The notes: generated by a model not told the origin, from the letters alone. Counted from the stretch's first letter, positions 1-10,463 are shown. The stretch: 64,000 bases of DNA from Lysobacterales bacterium (GCA_022844165.1 JALHMH010000001.1:192001-256000); one strand, 5' to 3'. A program made the numbers and translations.

Positions 1-969
1 GCTGCGCGCGAGCAGTCGGACCTGTCGTTGTTGGGCCGCATCGATGCTGCGCTATGCGCCAGCGAAGATCTGCTCGGCGGCCTGACCGATTTGTCGCGAC
101 TCGATGCCGGTCAACTCAAGCCGAGCATAGAGTCGGTACCCATCGGTCCGTTGCTCGTCGCGCTGGTTGAACAATACGCTCCGGTGGCCGAGCGGCGTGG
201 GCTCAGCTTGCATTGTGTGCACACTTGCCTTGCAGCGCGAACCGATGCCCGCTTGCTGCGCCGCATCCTGTCGAACTTCGTTGCCAACGCTGTTCGCTAC
301 ACGGCACGGGGTGGTGTACTCCTGGGCGTGCGCCGGCAGGGTTCAAAGGTGCGCATCGAGGTGCTCGACACTGGCCCCGGTATCGATGCCGATCAGCAAC
401 CCGGGATCTTCGACGACCGTTCTGGTGGTGGCGTATCGCCATGGGGTGAGCGTGGCCTCGGTCTTGGGCTGGCTGGCTGTCGCCGCCTCGCGCAGGTCAT
501 TGGCGCGGCATTGAATCTGCGATCGCGCATCGGCTGTGGCAGCGCATTTTCGGTCATGGTGCCAATGGCGACGATCGGCCGCGACAGCAGCAGCGTCCCG
601 GCTGCGGCGACGCCATCCTTGTCTTTACTGGTGTTGGATAACGATTCTGAAGTACTCGCCAGTCTTTGCACGCTACTGAGCGGATGGGGAATGCGCGTGC
701 ACAGCGCGCTGGATTCGACCACCGCCAGCGCGATCATCGCGCGCGAAACCATCGATTGGGCGATCGTCGACTTCGAACTTGGCGAATCCAGGACCGGGCT
801 CGATTGGCTGGCGGTGCAGTTGGCCGCATATCCTAAGATGCGTGGTGCGCTCTTGACCGCCGCCCTCGATCCCGATTTGCCGACGCGCTGTCAAACGCTC
901 GGCGTGCGCTACTTGAAAAAGCCGGTACGCCCGGCAGCACTGCGCGCAACGCTTTCCTCCGCCGTATGA
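1..969 (+). CDS. Hybrid sensor histidine kinase, C-terminal part (HATPase + receiver); CrbS/MxtR- or ErcS-like; starts before the window
   Basis: LRRILSNFVANAVRYT N-box, DTGPG G1, GLGLGL G2; receiver LLVLDND...IVD...LTA...KKPV. Confidence 0.85.
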   Translation, partial: AAREQSDLSLLGRIDAALCASEDLLGGLTDLSRLDAGQLKPSIESVPIGPLLVALVEQYAPVAERRGLSLHCVHTCLAARTDARLLRRILSNFVANAVRYTARGGVLLGVRRQGSKVRIEVLDTGPGIDADQQPGIFDDRSGGGVSPWGERGLGLGLAGCRRLAQVIGAALNLRSRIGCGSAFSVMVPMATIGRDSSSVPAAATPSLSLLVLDNDSEVLASLCTLLSGWGMRVHSALDSTTASAIIARETIDWAIVDFELGESRTGLDWLAVQLAAYPKMRGALLTAALDPDLPTRCQTLGVRYLKKPVRPAALRATLSSAV

Positions 970-1074
970 GGTGCCGTCGTTGGCATTGCGATCTGCCGTT
1001 CGTCCTGCGCTTCAATGCTTTACCGTCAATGCGGATCGCAGTCCCGTTATGATCGAGGCATTGCGCAGGGGAAA

Positions 1075-2736
1075 ATGAACATGTCGCGTGGCGAGTCTCA
1101 ATTGGCGTCGAGATTGTCGGTTTTTGTGTTGGTGTTCCTGGCGTTGTACGCGGTCTTCGCGTTCGTCGCGTGGCGAACGCTCGAAGCGGTTCGCGTGAAA
1201 GGTCCTTACTACAACGAAATTATGCTGGGCAACGAGCTGATCGCCGACGTGCTGCCGCCGCCGCAGTACATCATCGAGTCGTACTTGATCGCACTTCAAT
1301 TGATGGACGAGAAAAGCTCGGCCGAGGCAAGTCGCCTGATCGAGACGGGGAACCAGTTGCGGGTGACGTATGAGGCGCGCCAGGAGTATTGGAAACGCGT
1401 GTTAGACGATAGCCCGATGAAGGACTTGATGACGGCAACCGCTGCTCGGGCCGCGCTGGAGTTTTACCGGATACGGGATGACATCTACGTGCCGGCAATT
1501 CGCACCGACGATCGCTCCGCAGCGCGCGCCGCGCTCGATCAGATGCGCCAGCGCTACGACGCGCATCGGTATGCCATCGATGATGTGGTGAAGATGGCGC
1601 AGGCGCGCAATGCCGACTACGAAAAACGCGCAAACGAACTGATCAACGAGCAAATTCGCACGCTGGTGCTGCTGGCTTTCGGTGTCGTCCTGGTCGTCGT
1701 TGTGATGGCCTGGTTTGCGCGTCGTGCGGCGCAAAGCCTGAGCGCACGCGTGCACCTGGTGTCCGATGTCGCAGGACGCGTCGCCCAGGGCGACTTGACC
1801 ACAGTCATACCGCCCAGCGACGCAAACGATGAGGCGGGCAGGCTGCTCGGTGCGATTGGCGGTATGACCCAGAGTTTGCGCGGGCTGGTAACCCGCGTCA
1901 AACAAGCGTCGGTGGAACTGATGAGCACTGCCACCGAGTTCGCCGCAACCAGTCGCCAACAAGAGGCAACCGTACAAGGTTTCGGCGCTTCGACCAACGA
2001 GATCGCCGCAGCAGTCAAACAGATCGCCGCCACCAGCCAGGAACTGATGGCAACGATGGAAGGGCTCAACGCGGTGTCCGGACAAACCGCTGACCTGGCT
2101 GAGGCCGGGCAGTCGGGCCTGTCGAACCTGGATAGTACGATGGACCGACTGGCGCAGGCCGCGAATGCGATGTCGGCACGATTGGCCGCGATCCGCGAAG
2201 AGGCGGCCGAAATCACCGGCGTGGTTACGACCATTTCTAAAGTCGCCGATCAAACCAATCTATTGTCTATCAATGCGGCGATTGAGGCGGAAAAGGCCGG
2301 TGAGCAGGGTTTGGGATTTTTGGTTCTGGCGCGCGAGATTCGGCGGCTCGCGGATCAAACCGCAGTTGCCACACTCGACATTGAGCAAATGGTCAAACAA
2401 ATGCAGACGGCCGTTTCTGCTGGTGTGATGGAAATCGATCGATTCGCCGAAGAAGTGCGCAGCGGTGTGGGCACCGTCGACCGCGTGGGTGGCCAGTTCG
2501 GGCAGATCATCAGTCAGGTTAAAACGCTCAGCGAACGCTTTGATTCGGTCAACCATGGCATGCGCAGCCAGTCGCAAGGCGCTCGTCAGATCGGCGAGGC
2601 AATGGGTCAGTTGCTCGATGGTGCGCGCCAAACATCTGTGTCTTTGCGCGAATTCAATTCGGCAACGGAAGGGCTGCGTGAGGCCGTGACGGTTCTCAAG
2701 ACTGAGATCGCAAAGTTCAAGCTTGGCAACGAATGA
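1075..2736 (+). CDS. wspA: Methyl-accepting chemotaxis protein, WspA-like
   Basis: Two TM segments, HAMP, MCP hairpin VADQTNLLSINAAIEAEKAGEQGLGF; first gene of Wsp-order operon. Confidence 0.85.
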   Translation: MNMSRGESQLASRLSVFVLVFLALYAVFAFVAWRTLEAVRVKGPYYNEIMLGNELIADVLPPPQYIIESYLIALQLMDEKSSAEASRLIETGNQLRVTYEARQEYWKRVLDDSPMKDLMTATAARAALEFYRIRDDIYVPAIRTDDRSAARAALDQMRQRYDAHRYAIDDVVKMAQARNADYEKRANELINEQIRTLVLLAFGVVLVVVVMAWFARRAAQSLSARVHLVSDVAGRVAQGDLTTVIPPSDANDEAGRLLGAIGGMTQSLRGLVTRVKQASVELMSTATEFAATSRQQEATVQGFGASTNEIAAAVKQIAATSQELMATMEGLNAVSGQTADLAEAGQSGLSNLDSTMDRLAQAANAMSARLAAIREEAAEITGVVTTISKVADQTNLLSINAAIEAEKAGEQGLGFLVLAREIRRLADQTAVATLDIEQMVKQMQTAVSAGVMEIDRFAEEVRSGVGTVDRVGGQFGQIISQVKTLSERFDSVNHGMRSQSQGARQIGEAMGQLLDGARQTSVSLREFNSATEGLREAVTVLKTEIAKFKLGNE

Positions 2737-3173
2737 TGCTCGCCCTGACGTTCCGTGCCGGAGATACGCCGCTCGCGATCGACACACGTTTTGTCGTGGA
2801 AGTGTTGCCGCGCCTGTCGCTGCAAAGAGCAGCATTGGCGCCCGAGGCGGTGGTCGGCCTGCTCCCATTTCGGCAGACGCTGACGCCTGTCGTGGACTTG
2901 TGCTGGCTCGTTGCGGGACGCAGCGCGCGCAATCGGTTGGGCACACGGATCATTGTGACGCGCGTGGAAATCGGTCGTCGCTTTGTCGGTCTGCTGGCTG
3001 AGGATGTCAGCGAATTGGTCGATAGTCGTGAGACGATCATGGGGCTGACCAACCCCGAACACCCCTGGCTCGGCGAACACCTCGCCGACCAAACGGAAAT
3101 GCCGATGATGGTGCACCCATCGGAGTTGCTGCCGGATGCTCTGCGGCAGCTTTTTGAGGCCAGTCCGGCGTGA
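2733..3173 (+). CDS. wspB: CheW-like scaffold, WspB
   Basis: VVEVLP...GLLPFRQTLTPVVDL CheW pattern; overlaps wspA stop. Confidence 0.8.
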   Translation: MMLALTFRAGDTPLAIDTRFVVEVLPRLSLQRAALAPEAVVGLLPFRQTLTPVVDLCWLVAGRSARNRLGTRIIVTRVEIGRRFVGLLAEDVSELVDSRETIMGLTNPEHPWLGEHLADQTEMPMMVHPSELLPDALRQLFEASPA

Positions 3174-4363
3174 GCCGGTCGGCTCTGGTCGATCGGCTTC
3201 AGGCACGCATCGGACTTGATCCTGATGCGCTCGGTACTGCTGCACTGGATCATGCCATCGACGAGGCCTGCGCGAACCTGGGCTGCAAGGATGCGATGGC
3301 ACTGCTGATCGAGGTGGAGCGCTCGCCGGAGAAGTGGCAGCAGTTCATCGACTGCATGGTCATTCCTGAGACTTGGTTTTTCCGAGTGCCAGAGCAGTTC
3401 GCCGAGCTGAGACGTTATGCGCAATCGCGGCGACCGCTGCGAGTCTTGTCGTTGCCGAGTGCTACCGGCGAAGAGGCATACTCGATCGCCATTGCGCTGT
3501 TCGAGGCTGGGTTGGGTCCCGGCGAGTTCGATGTACTGGGTATTGATGTCGGCGCGCGCCAGATCGACCAGGCGCGGCGCGGACGTTATCGGTCCTATTC
3601 GTTTCGCGGCACAACGCCCGCGCCGGAGTGGTTCACGCAGGATGGCGATGAGTATCTGGTCGTGCCGGCGGTTAAGCGAAGAGTGCGCTTTCAGGTGGGC
3701 AATATTCTTGATTCAAGTGTCTTGGGAGATGAGCGATTCGATGTAATCTTCTTCCGCAATCTGCTGATTTACCTCGATACCGGCAGTCGAAAACGCGCAG
3801 TTCATCGTTTGCAGTCCGTACTGACGCCGGGTGGACTCATCTTCGCTGGGCAGGCCGAGGTGCTGTCGAGCGTCGACGATCGCTTGCAACTGGCGTCGGA
3901 ATTCGGCGCGTTGACATTCTCGGTCGCCGCCCAGTCCGGCAAAATCGAAACAGCACAGCTCCCGTCGTCACGTTCACCGACCAGGATGCGGCCTGCAAAG
4001 GCACTGACGCAATCCGGGCCTGATCGTTTGCGACGCCAGGAAGGACTGTCGGCTCCCGATTCGCTGCAATTGGCGCGCAAAGCAGCCGACAGCGGCGATC
4101 TGTGCGCGGCGCGAAACGCCTGTCAAGAGGCGCTCGCACGGAACCCGGAATCTGCCGACACCTGGTTTTTGCTTGGTGTCGTCGAGACCGCCGCGGGAGA
4201 GCTTGGGCGTGCCGATGAAGCGCTATTGCGCGCCACGTATCTTGATCGCAATCACGTCGACGCCCTCGCGCACCGCGCGGCACTGGCGGCGCGCATGGGC
4301 CGCACTGGCGAAGCGGCGCAACTGCGCGCCCGACTCGGTCGCCTGAGCGGAGAATCGGTCTGA
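3170..4363 (+). CDS. wspC: CheR methyltransferase with C-terminal TPR, WspC
   Basis: PETWFFR, SATGEEAYSIA, FDVIFFRNLLIY; TPR-like tail. Confidence 0.9.
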   Translation: MSRSALVDRLQARIGLDPDALGTAALDHAIDEACANLGCKDAMALLIEVERSPEKWQQFIDCMVIPETWFFRVPEQFAELRRYAQSRRPLRVLSLPSATGEEAYSIAIALFEAGLGPGEFDVLGIDVGARQIDQARRGRYRSYSFRGTTPAPEWFTQDGDEYLVVPAVKRRVRFQVGNILDSSVLGDERFDVIFFRNLLIYLDTGSRKRAVHRLQSVLTPGGLIFAGQAEVLSSVDDRLQLASEFGALTFSVAAQSGKIETAQLPSSRSPTRMRPAKALTQSGPDRLRRQEGLSAPDSLQLARKAADSGDLCAARNACQEALARNPESADTWFLLGVVETAAGELGRADEALLRATYLDRNHVDALAHRAALAARMGRTGEAAQLRARLGRLSGESV

Positions 4364-5007
4364 TGAGTACAACATCTGATTCCTGCTGGCGAAGCATCGG
4401 CGTGTACGGCGGCAATCACAGCTGCCCGCAGCTGCGAGTCGACATCCATTGCCGCAACTGTCTGGTTTTCAAGCGCGCAGCACGACGTTTGCTGGAGCGC
4501 GAAATCGAGCCTTTGCCGCCCTTGTCGAGCGCTACACAACGCAAGGCTGATGTCGAGGAACGCAGCGTGCTTTGTTTTCGGCTCGGTCGCGAATGGTTGG
4601 GTCTGCGCTGCGATCGAATCGGTGAGGTGGCTCCTGCGCAAACGCCGAGACGGATCGCACATCGTGCAGACGGCGCTATCGAGGGTCTCGTGGCAGTGCG
4701 TGGCGAACTACACCTTTCGGTAGCGCTGATTGAGGTGCTGTCGCTGGGTCAGCGTAGCGACATCGGCGGCGAGAAGGAGCGACTATTGTTGCTGACGCCC
4801 GAGAATTCTCCGCCGATTGCTTTTCGCGCGTCTGAGGTCGTCGGTTTGCGTCCGATTCGGATGGCGGAGATGGAAGAGGTTCCGATGTCGTTACCGCCGA
4901 CATTGAGTCGCTGTCTGCAAGGCGTTTTGCCCTTCGATACCGGGCGCATGGCGATGCTGGATGAGACAGCGCTGCTGCAAGCGCTGGATGAGGCGGTGTA
5001 TCGATGA
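4363..5007 (+). CDS. wspD: CheW-like protein WspD
   Basis: Cys-rich N-terminus CWRSIGVYG...SCPQL...HCRNC typical of WspD, then CheW domain. Confidence 0.9.
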   Translation: MSTTSDSCWRSIGVYGGNHSCPQLRVDIHCRNCLVFKRAARRLLEREIEPLPPLSSATQRKADVEERSVLCFRLGREWLGLRCDRIGEVAPAQTPRRIAHRADGAIEGLVAVRGELHLSVALIEVLSLGQRSDIGGEKERLLLLTPENSPPIAFRASEVVGLRPIRMAEMEEVPMSLPPTLSRCLQGVLPFDTGRMAMLDETALLQALDEAVYR

Positions 5008-7550
5008 ATCCGTTGATCGAACTGTTAAAAGGAGAGTTGTTGCGCCTGCTCGACGAATTGCGTGACTGCGCGCGATTGGTACGCGATCCGGTCGCTGCGC
5101 CCAGTGCGCTGACGCGCTGGGGCGCTCGCACTCATAGTCTGCAGGGCGCACTCTCGATTCTTGGCAAGCAGCCTCTGAGCGAGATCGCCCAGGCCTTCCA
5201 ACAGCTGCGAGCGCCCGCTCAACTGATGTCGCCGGGCGTCGACATGGCATTGGCACTTCTAGCGGAGTTCACTGAACTGCCTGAGGCAAGCGTTGCCGAG
5301 TGGCTTGCAGCGGTCGGTCCGCGCGTAGCGGCGGCGGTCGCTGCGATGGACCATCGGCTACCCGAGGAGGCCGCCGCGGTACCAGGCGATCTCAACCCGA
5401 TTTTCACTTTGTTTCGCCAGGAAGTCGAAGACCAATGCGCACATCTGAACCAGATGCTGCTGCGTCTGGAGCAAGAGCCTGAGCGTCTGGAGCTGATCGC
5501 GCCCATCATGCGCGTGGTTCATTCAATCAAGGGTGCCGCGCGTGCCGTACGTATCGAACCTGCGGTCGAAATTGCGCACCGGATGGAAGACCGTATGTCG
5601 CGGGCGCAGCGCCGCGATGTCGCGGTTTCTGAGCCGCTGATCGAGTTTGCTTTGGGCGCGGTGGATCTGCTGCGCGCTCTGGCGCGCGATGGTGTTCGTG
5701 CCGAGTTGTTGCAGCGCAAGGATTCTTTGCTGGCGCAGCCCGAGGACGCCGCGGCGCCGATCACGCCGAGCATATCGCCCGTGCCGACTTACATTGCCGC
5801 CGAAGATGGCGACCCGGTGCTGCGTATCAAGGCGAGTCTGGTTGGGCGATTGATCGCGTTGGCAGGCTCTGGCGTTGTTGCCGTCCATCGTTTGCGGCCC
5901 TTCAACGCACGTCAACAACGTCTGCGGGGCACGATCGCCAATCTGGGCCGTCTGCTCGACGATCTGCATCATCGACTCGGGGCGCCCGGCGCCGGAACCC
6001 CGCTCGGTATTCAGCTGGCAGACGCTCGAGAGCAAATCGCCGATGCTCGCCATCAGGCGCAGACCTGGATCGACGATTTCGCCGAGTACACTCGCCATTC
6101 CGTCGATCTCAACGAGCGAATCTACCATGCTGCTTCGCTGACGCGCCTGCGCCCTTTTCGTGATCTCGTGTTGGGTTACCCGCGTATGGTGCGCGATATC
6201 GCGCGGCAGGTCGGCAAGCGTGTACGGCTCTTCGTTCACGGTGAGAACGTAGAAGTCGATCGCGATGTGATGGACAAGATCGATGCACCATTGACGCATC
6301 TGCTACGCAACGCCATCGACCACGGCATTGAAGATCCGCCGATACGAGCCGCGAGCGGCAAGCCTGAGGAGGGCAGCCTGCGGATCCACGCAAGTCATCG
6401 TGCCGGTATGCTGGCAATCGATATCGCCGATGATGGCGCGGGCGTGGATTTGCAACGTATACGCCGCCGCCTCGTCGAAATCGGCCGTCTGAGCGAGAGC
6501 GAAGTGGCGGTGCTGACCGAACACGCTTTGAAGGAGCATTTGTTCGCCTCGGGTTTTTCGACGCGAACGGAAATCACCGAGGTATCCGGGCGTGGCGTTG
6601 GGCTCGATGTGGTGCGCGATTCGATCGAACGCCTCGGCGGTAGCGTGCGCCTGACCACCCGCGAGGGCCTTGGCAGCACTTTTCATCTATTGGTGCCGAT
6701 CTCGCGAGCAGTGACCCGGGCGCTGGCGATCAGAGTGTGTGGCGAAATCTATGCTTTCCCCTCGCTGCGCATTGATCGTGTCGTCCGCGCCAGGCACGAC
6801 GACATCGCGTCGCGCGAGGGTCTGCAGTATCTGCCGCTCGACAGGCGCAACATCGGACTGGTGCCCCTGGCGGAGTTGCTCGATCTCGGCGCAACGCGCG
6901 TAGACGTCGAACGCCTGGATGTCGTGGTTGTCGAGCATCAAGGACGTGTTTGTGGCTTTGTGGTCGACGACCTTCTTGGCGAGTACGATCTTGTCACGCG
7001 TCCCTTGGATGTGCGCTTGGGTCGTGTCGCCGATCTCGCCGCTGTGGCCATTTTGCCGGACGGCGCTCCCGTCGTGCTGCTCGATGTCGACGACTTGATG
7101 CGAAGCGCTTTGAACCGCGAGCGCGCCAACCTGCGTCCGATCAGCGGCGAATCTGCGGCGCGGCGGCGCAAACGGATACTCGTTGCCGACGACTCGATAT
7201 CCGTGCGCGAGTTAGAGCGCCAGTTGCTGGCCGCTCGTGGTTTCGATGTCGAAGTGGCGGTCGATGGTATGGATGCCTGGACAAGGCTGCGCGGCGAGCC
7301 GTTCGATCTCCTTGTGACCGATGTCGATATGCCGCGGATGGATGGCATCGAGCTGACCAGGTCGGTCAAACAAGACCCACGTTTGCGGTCGGTACCTGTG
7401 GTGATCGTATCCTATCGGGACCGGCCAGAGGATCGCCGCCGGGGCATGGAAGCGCGCGCCGACAGTTACCTGACAAAATCTGACTTCCAGGACGAGAGCT
7501 TCGTTCGCCTCGTCCACCAGCTGGTTGGCGACGCCGAGGAGGTCCTGTGA
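5004..7550 (+). CDS. wspE: CheA-like hybrid kinase WspE
   Basis: Hpt HSIKGAAR, HLLRNAIDHGIE, SGRGVGLDVV, CheW domain, C-terminal receiver (DDS...TDVDMPRMDG). Confidence 0.92.
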   Translation: MNPLIELLKGELLRLLDELRDCARLVRDPVAAPSALTRWGARTHSLQGALSILGKQPLSEIAQAFQQLRAPAQLMSPGVDMALALLAEFTELPEASVAEWLAAVGPRVAAAVAAMDHRLPEEAAAVPGDLNPIFTLFRQEVEDQCAHLNQMLLRLEQEPERLELIAPIMRVVHSIKGAARAVRIEPAVEIAHRMEDRMSRAQRRDVAVSEPLIEFALGAVDLLRALARDGVRAELLQRKDSLLAQPEDAAAPITPSISPVPTYIAAEDGDPVLRIKASLVGRLIALAGSGVVAVHRLRPFNARQQRLRGTIANLGRLLDDLHHRLGAPGAGTPLGIQLADAREQIADARHQAQTWIDDFAEYTRHSVDLNERIYHAASLTRLRPFRDLVLGYPRMVRDIARQVGKRVRLFVHGENVEVDRDVMDKIDAPLTHLLRNAIDHGIEDPPIRAASGKPEEGSLRIHASHRAGMLAIDIADDGAGVDLQRIRRRLVEIGRLSESEVAVLTEHALKEHLFASGFSTRTEITEVSGRGVGLDVVRDSIERLGGSVRLTTREGLGSTFHLLVPISRAVTRALAIRVCGEIYAFPSLRIDRVVRARHDDIASREGLQYLPLDRRNIGLVPLAELLDLGATRVDVERLDVVVVEHQGRVCGFVVDDLLGEYDLVTRPLDVRLGRVADLAAVAILPDGAPVVLLDVDDLMRSALNRERANLRPISGESAARRRKRILVADDSISVRELERQLLAARGFDVEVAVDGMDAWTRLRGEPFDLLVTDVDMPRMDGIELTRSVKQDPRLRSVPVVIVSYRDRPEDRRRGMEARADSYLTKSDFQDESFVRLVHQLVGDAEEVL

Positions 7551-7590
7551 TGCTCGCAATGCTTCGCGTGCGGCAGCGCTTTGGGTGGCA

Positions 7591-8580
7591 ATGAAGATTG
7601 CCATCGTCCATCGTGACCGCTTGACTCGGGAGGCGATTCGCCGCGCCGTCGGCGCCGAGTATTCGCTGGCGTGGTTTGCGGCCGACCGTCGCGAACTCGA
7701 AACACTGCGACGTCGCGAGCCGCCCGATCTTGTCCTGATCGAAGCGGCGATGGTCGATGCGCAGGTCATCAGGATACTAGAGTCGGGCCGGAATTGGCTG
7801 GTGCTTGCGACCGACGAGAACGCCCACGGCGTCTACGAAGCTCTCAGTGCGGGCGCCCTCGGCCACGTTCCGCCACCACGGTTGGAGCCCGATGGCGAGC
7901 TGACCGGTGGGCAGCGCTTGTTGAAGCGCATCCAGCGTTTGCAGGCATTGATCCCCGAACCCGTGGCGGCACTCGAACCGATGCCGGCGGTGGGCAAAAC
8001 TGGTAGCCCTGTTCCAGTGATCGCAATCGGCGCTTCTACCGGTGGCCCAAAGGCCTTGGCGAGCGTGTTGTCTGGATTGCCAGCCGAGCTTAACGCCGCT
8101 GTGATGATTGTGCAGCACATTGAAGCCGATTTTTCGACCGGACTCGTCGAGTGGCTGGCCTCGCACGCCCGTTTGCCGGTGCAACTGGCGCGGCGCGGCG
8201 ATCTGGTCGAGCCGGGTCGTGTTTATCTGGGTGCGAATCAAGGGCATTTGGTGCTTCTCCCCTCGCAACAAATCGGCTACCTGGCGCCAATGAAGAACGA
8301 CTTGCATGTCCCGAGTGTGGATATGCTCTTCCAGTATCTGGCCGACCATCATCGGCCCGGGTCTGCAGCTGTGCTGACGGGCATGGGCAGCGACGGCGCG
8401 CTGGGCTTGCTCAGGCTACGCCAACGCGGTTGGTTCACGGTTGCCCAGGACCAGACGAGTAGTGCCGTATTCGGTATGCCGCGCGCTGCCGCCGACTGCG
8501 GTGGTGCGCTTCAGGTATTGCCGCTCAGCGCGATTGGTCAGGCGCTTGCGCGGCACGTTTGCGGGATGGCCGGGCGATGA
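7591..8580 (+). CDS. wspF: CheB methylesterase WspF with degenerate receiver domain
   Basis: GASTGG, VQH, LTGMGSDG catalytic motifs; position in operon. Confidence 0.88.
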   Translation: MKIAIVHRDRLTREAIRRAVGAEYSLAWFAADRRELETLRRREPPDLVLIEAAMVDAQVIRILESGRNWLVLATDENAHGVYEALSAGALGHVPPPRLEPDGELTGGQRLLKRIQRLQALIPEPVAALEPMPAVGKTGSPVPVIAIGASTGGPKALASVLSGLPAELNAAVMIVQHIEADFSTGLVEWLASHARLPVQLARRGDLVEPGRVYLGANQGHLVLLPSQQIGYLAPMKNDLHVPSVDMLFQYLADHHRPGSAAVLTGMGSDGALGLLRLRQRGWFTVAQDQTSSAVFGMPRAAADCGGALQVLPLSAIGQALARHVCGMAGR

Positions 8581-9758
8581 GTTCGATTCGTGTCCTGATG
8601 GTCGACGATCAGGCGATCATCCTCGCCGCACTGAGACAGATGCTGGCGCATGAGGCCGACCTGGAACTTCGCGGCTTGTCCGATCCACAACAAGCGTTGC
8701 AGGCTGCGCTGGAGTTCGAACCTGCGGTGATTCTTCAAGACCTGGTCATGGAGGGCCTGGATGGTCTGACGCTGCTAAAGCGCTATCGAGCACATCCCTT
8801 GCTGACGGATACGCCGGTGGTGATGTTGAGTGCTGCCGAAGAACCGGAAACCAAAGTCGAGGCTTTTCGGCTTGGAGCCAACGATTATGTGGTCAAGTTG
8901 CCCAGTGCACTGGAGCTTGCAGCACGTATTCGCTATCACGGCCGCAGCTTCTACAACATGCGACAGCGAGAAGCGGCTTTCCGGGCGCTGGTTGAGAGTC
9001 GCGCAGCGCTGGAACTGCGTCAGGCGGAAATCGAAGCACAAAAAGCACAGCTCGAAGCGCAGGCAAAACAACTCGAGGCGGTCAATCGCGAGTTGGCCGA
9101 CAGCGCATTGTCCGATGCGCTCACTGGACTCCGTAACCGGCGCTACTTGCGCATCTATTTGCAGAAGCCGCTATGCGAAATCACGGCGTCCGGCAGCAAG
9201 GGCGATCGGCGCCGCGTCGTCTCGGTCGAACGCGCAACTTTTTTCCTTTTGGACTTGGATCACTTCAAGCAGATCAACGACAAGCATGGTCACGACGCTG
9301 GCGACGCGGTGCTGGTCGAAGTCGCCTCACGTTTGCGCCAGACCTTACGCGAGGGCGATGCTGCGATGCGCTGGGGTGGCGAGGAGTTTCTGATTGTCGC
9401 GCGAGGATTGGACGATGCTGCTGCCGCCGTGCTCGCCGAGCGCATCATGGCCGTGGTTTCGGGCGCGCCTGTCGCAATGCCCCGGGGCCTGACGTTGCGG
9501 GTCACGATCTCTTTGGGCTTCGCATCCTTTCCATGGCACCGCGATGCACATACCGATTATCCATCGACCATCGCGCTCGCCGACGCCGGGACATACTTGT
9601 CGAAAACCGATGGACGCAATCGCGCAGTCGGCATACTTCCGGGTCCCGAGGCCGCCGATCTGGACGAACGAATCGAACGCATTTCGCTTGGCCCGGGGCT
9701 GTTGCGCCAGGAGAACGGGCGCAGTGTGCGCCTGGTCGAGATTCCTGGGCCGAACTGA
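8577..9758 (+). CDS. wspR: Response-regulator diguanylate cyclase WspR
   Basis: Receiver (VDD...QDLVM...KLP), coiled coil, DALTGLRNRR, RxxD I-site (REGD), GGEEF. Confidence 0.9.
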   Translation: MSSIRVLMVDDQAIILAALRQMLAHEADLELRGLSDPQQALQAALEFEPAVILQDLVMEGLDGLTLLKRYRAHPLLTDTPVVMLSAAEEPETKVEAFRLGANDYVVKLPSALELAARIRYHGRSFYNMRQREAAFRALVESRAALELRQAEIEAQKAQLEAQAKQLEAVNRELADSALSDALTGLRNRRYLRIYLQKPLCEITASGSKGDRRRVVSVERATFFLLDLDHFKQINDKHGHDAGDAVLVEVASRLRQTLREGDAAMRWGGEEFLIVARGLDDAAAAVLAERIMAVVSGAPVAMPRGLTLRVTISLGFASFPWHRDAHTDYPSTIALADAGTYLSKTDGRNRAVGILPGPEAADLDERIERISLGPGLLRQENGRSVRLVEIPGPN

Positions 9759-9977
9759 CGAAAACCAACCAAACGCGCCAGGCGAAACCGGGCACGGCCG
9801 TGCTGATTGCCGCCGTTGCGCGCGATGCTGCTGATCGGAGCCAGCGCGCGCGGGGGCTTGCCCGGTGTCGGATCCTTGGTTACTGTAATTCCCGCCGACG
9901 TCGCGAGCGGTCAGACGTTCAGTACCCGCCGGACGGCAGCGAAAACTCGTTGGTGTTCGAATCGCAAGGGGGCAGAA

Positions 9978-10385
9978 ATGAACAGCATACTTGGGATTGC
10001 GTTTGGTTTAATGGGAATGGGTTCGATGTTGTCGGCTCCATCGATCGCGTTGGCGCAGAGTAAGCGAATGGCACTGACCTGCGTTGGCACAAAAGTCGGC
10101 GCGATCAATTTTTCCTACCGCTGGGGTGAGGATGGCGATTGGACGAATGTCCAGATCGGCCCGGGTAAATGGCAAGTCATGGCATGGCGCTACAACCGGC
10201 AGAACGAAAACCAGTCGCCGCAGTTGCAAATTCGTTATGACGACGACCTGGGGAAAGGCGAGAACTTCTCGGTGACCGATCTCGAAAGCTACGCGGCCAG
10301 CAGCGATGACTGCGACGCCGAGGGTAAGACCTACCACTTTGTCGAAATCGACGGTGAGCTGTTTGTCGAGGACGACGAAACCTGA
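9978..10385 (+). CDS. Hypothetical exported protein
   Basis: Signal-peptide-like N-terminus ending ALA; two Cys; purine-rich RBS-like sequence upstream. Confidence 0.65.
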   Translation: MNSILGIAFGLMGMGSMLSAPSIALAQSKRMALTCVGTKVGAINFSYRWGEDGDWTNVQIGPGKWQVMAWRYNRQNENQSPQLQIRYDDDLGKGENFSVTDLESYAASSDDCDAEGKTYHFVEIDGELFVEDDET

Positions 10386-10463
10386 GCACGACTAGCGTCC
10401 TTGACGGAGCCGGATCTGTACATTTGAGTCAAATTTTCTGCGCAGCGGCTTTGGCAGTTGAAG

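Noticed and set aside
981-996. Sigma54 promoter upstream of wspA
   Set aside because: GG-to-GC spacing in TGGCATTGCGATCTGC is one base too long.
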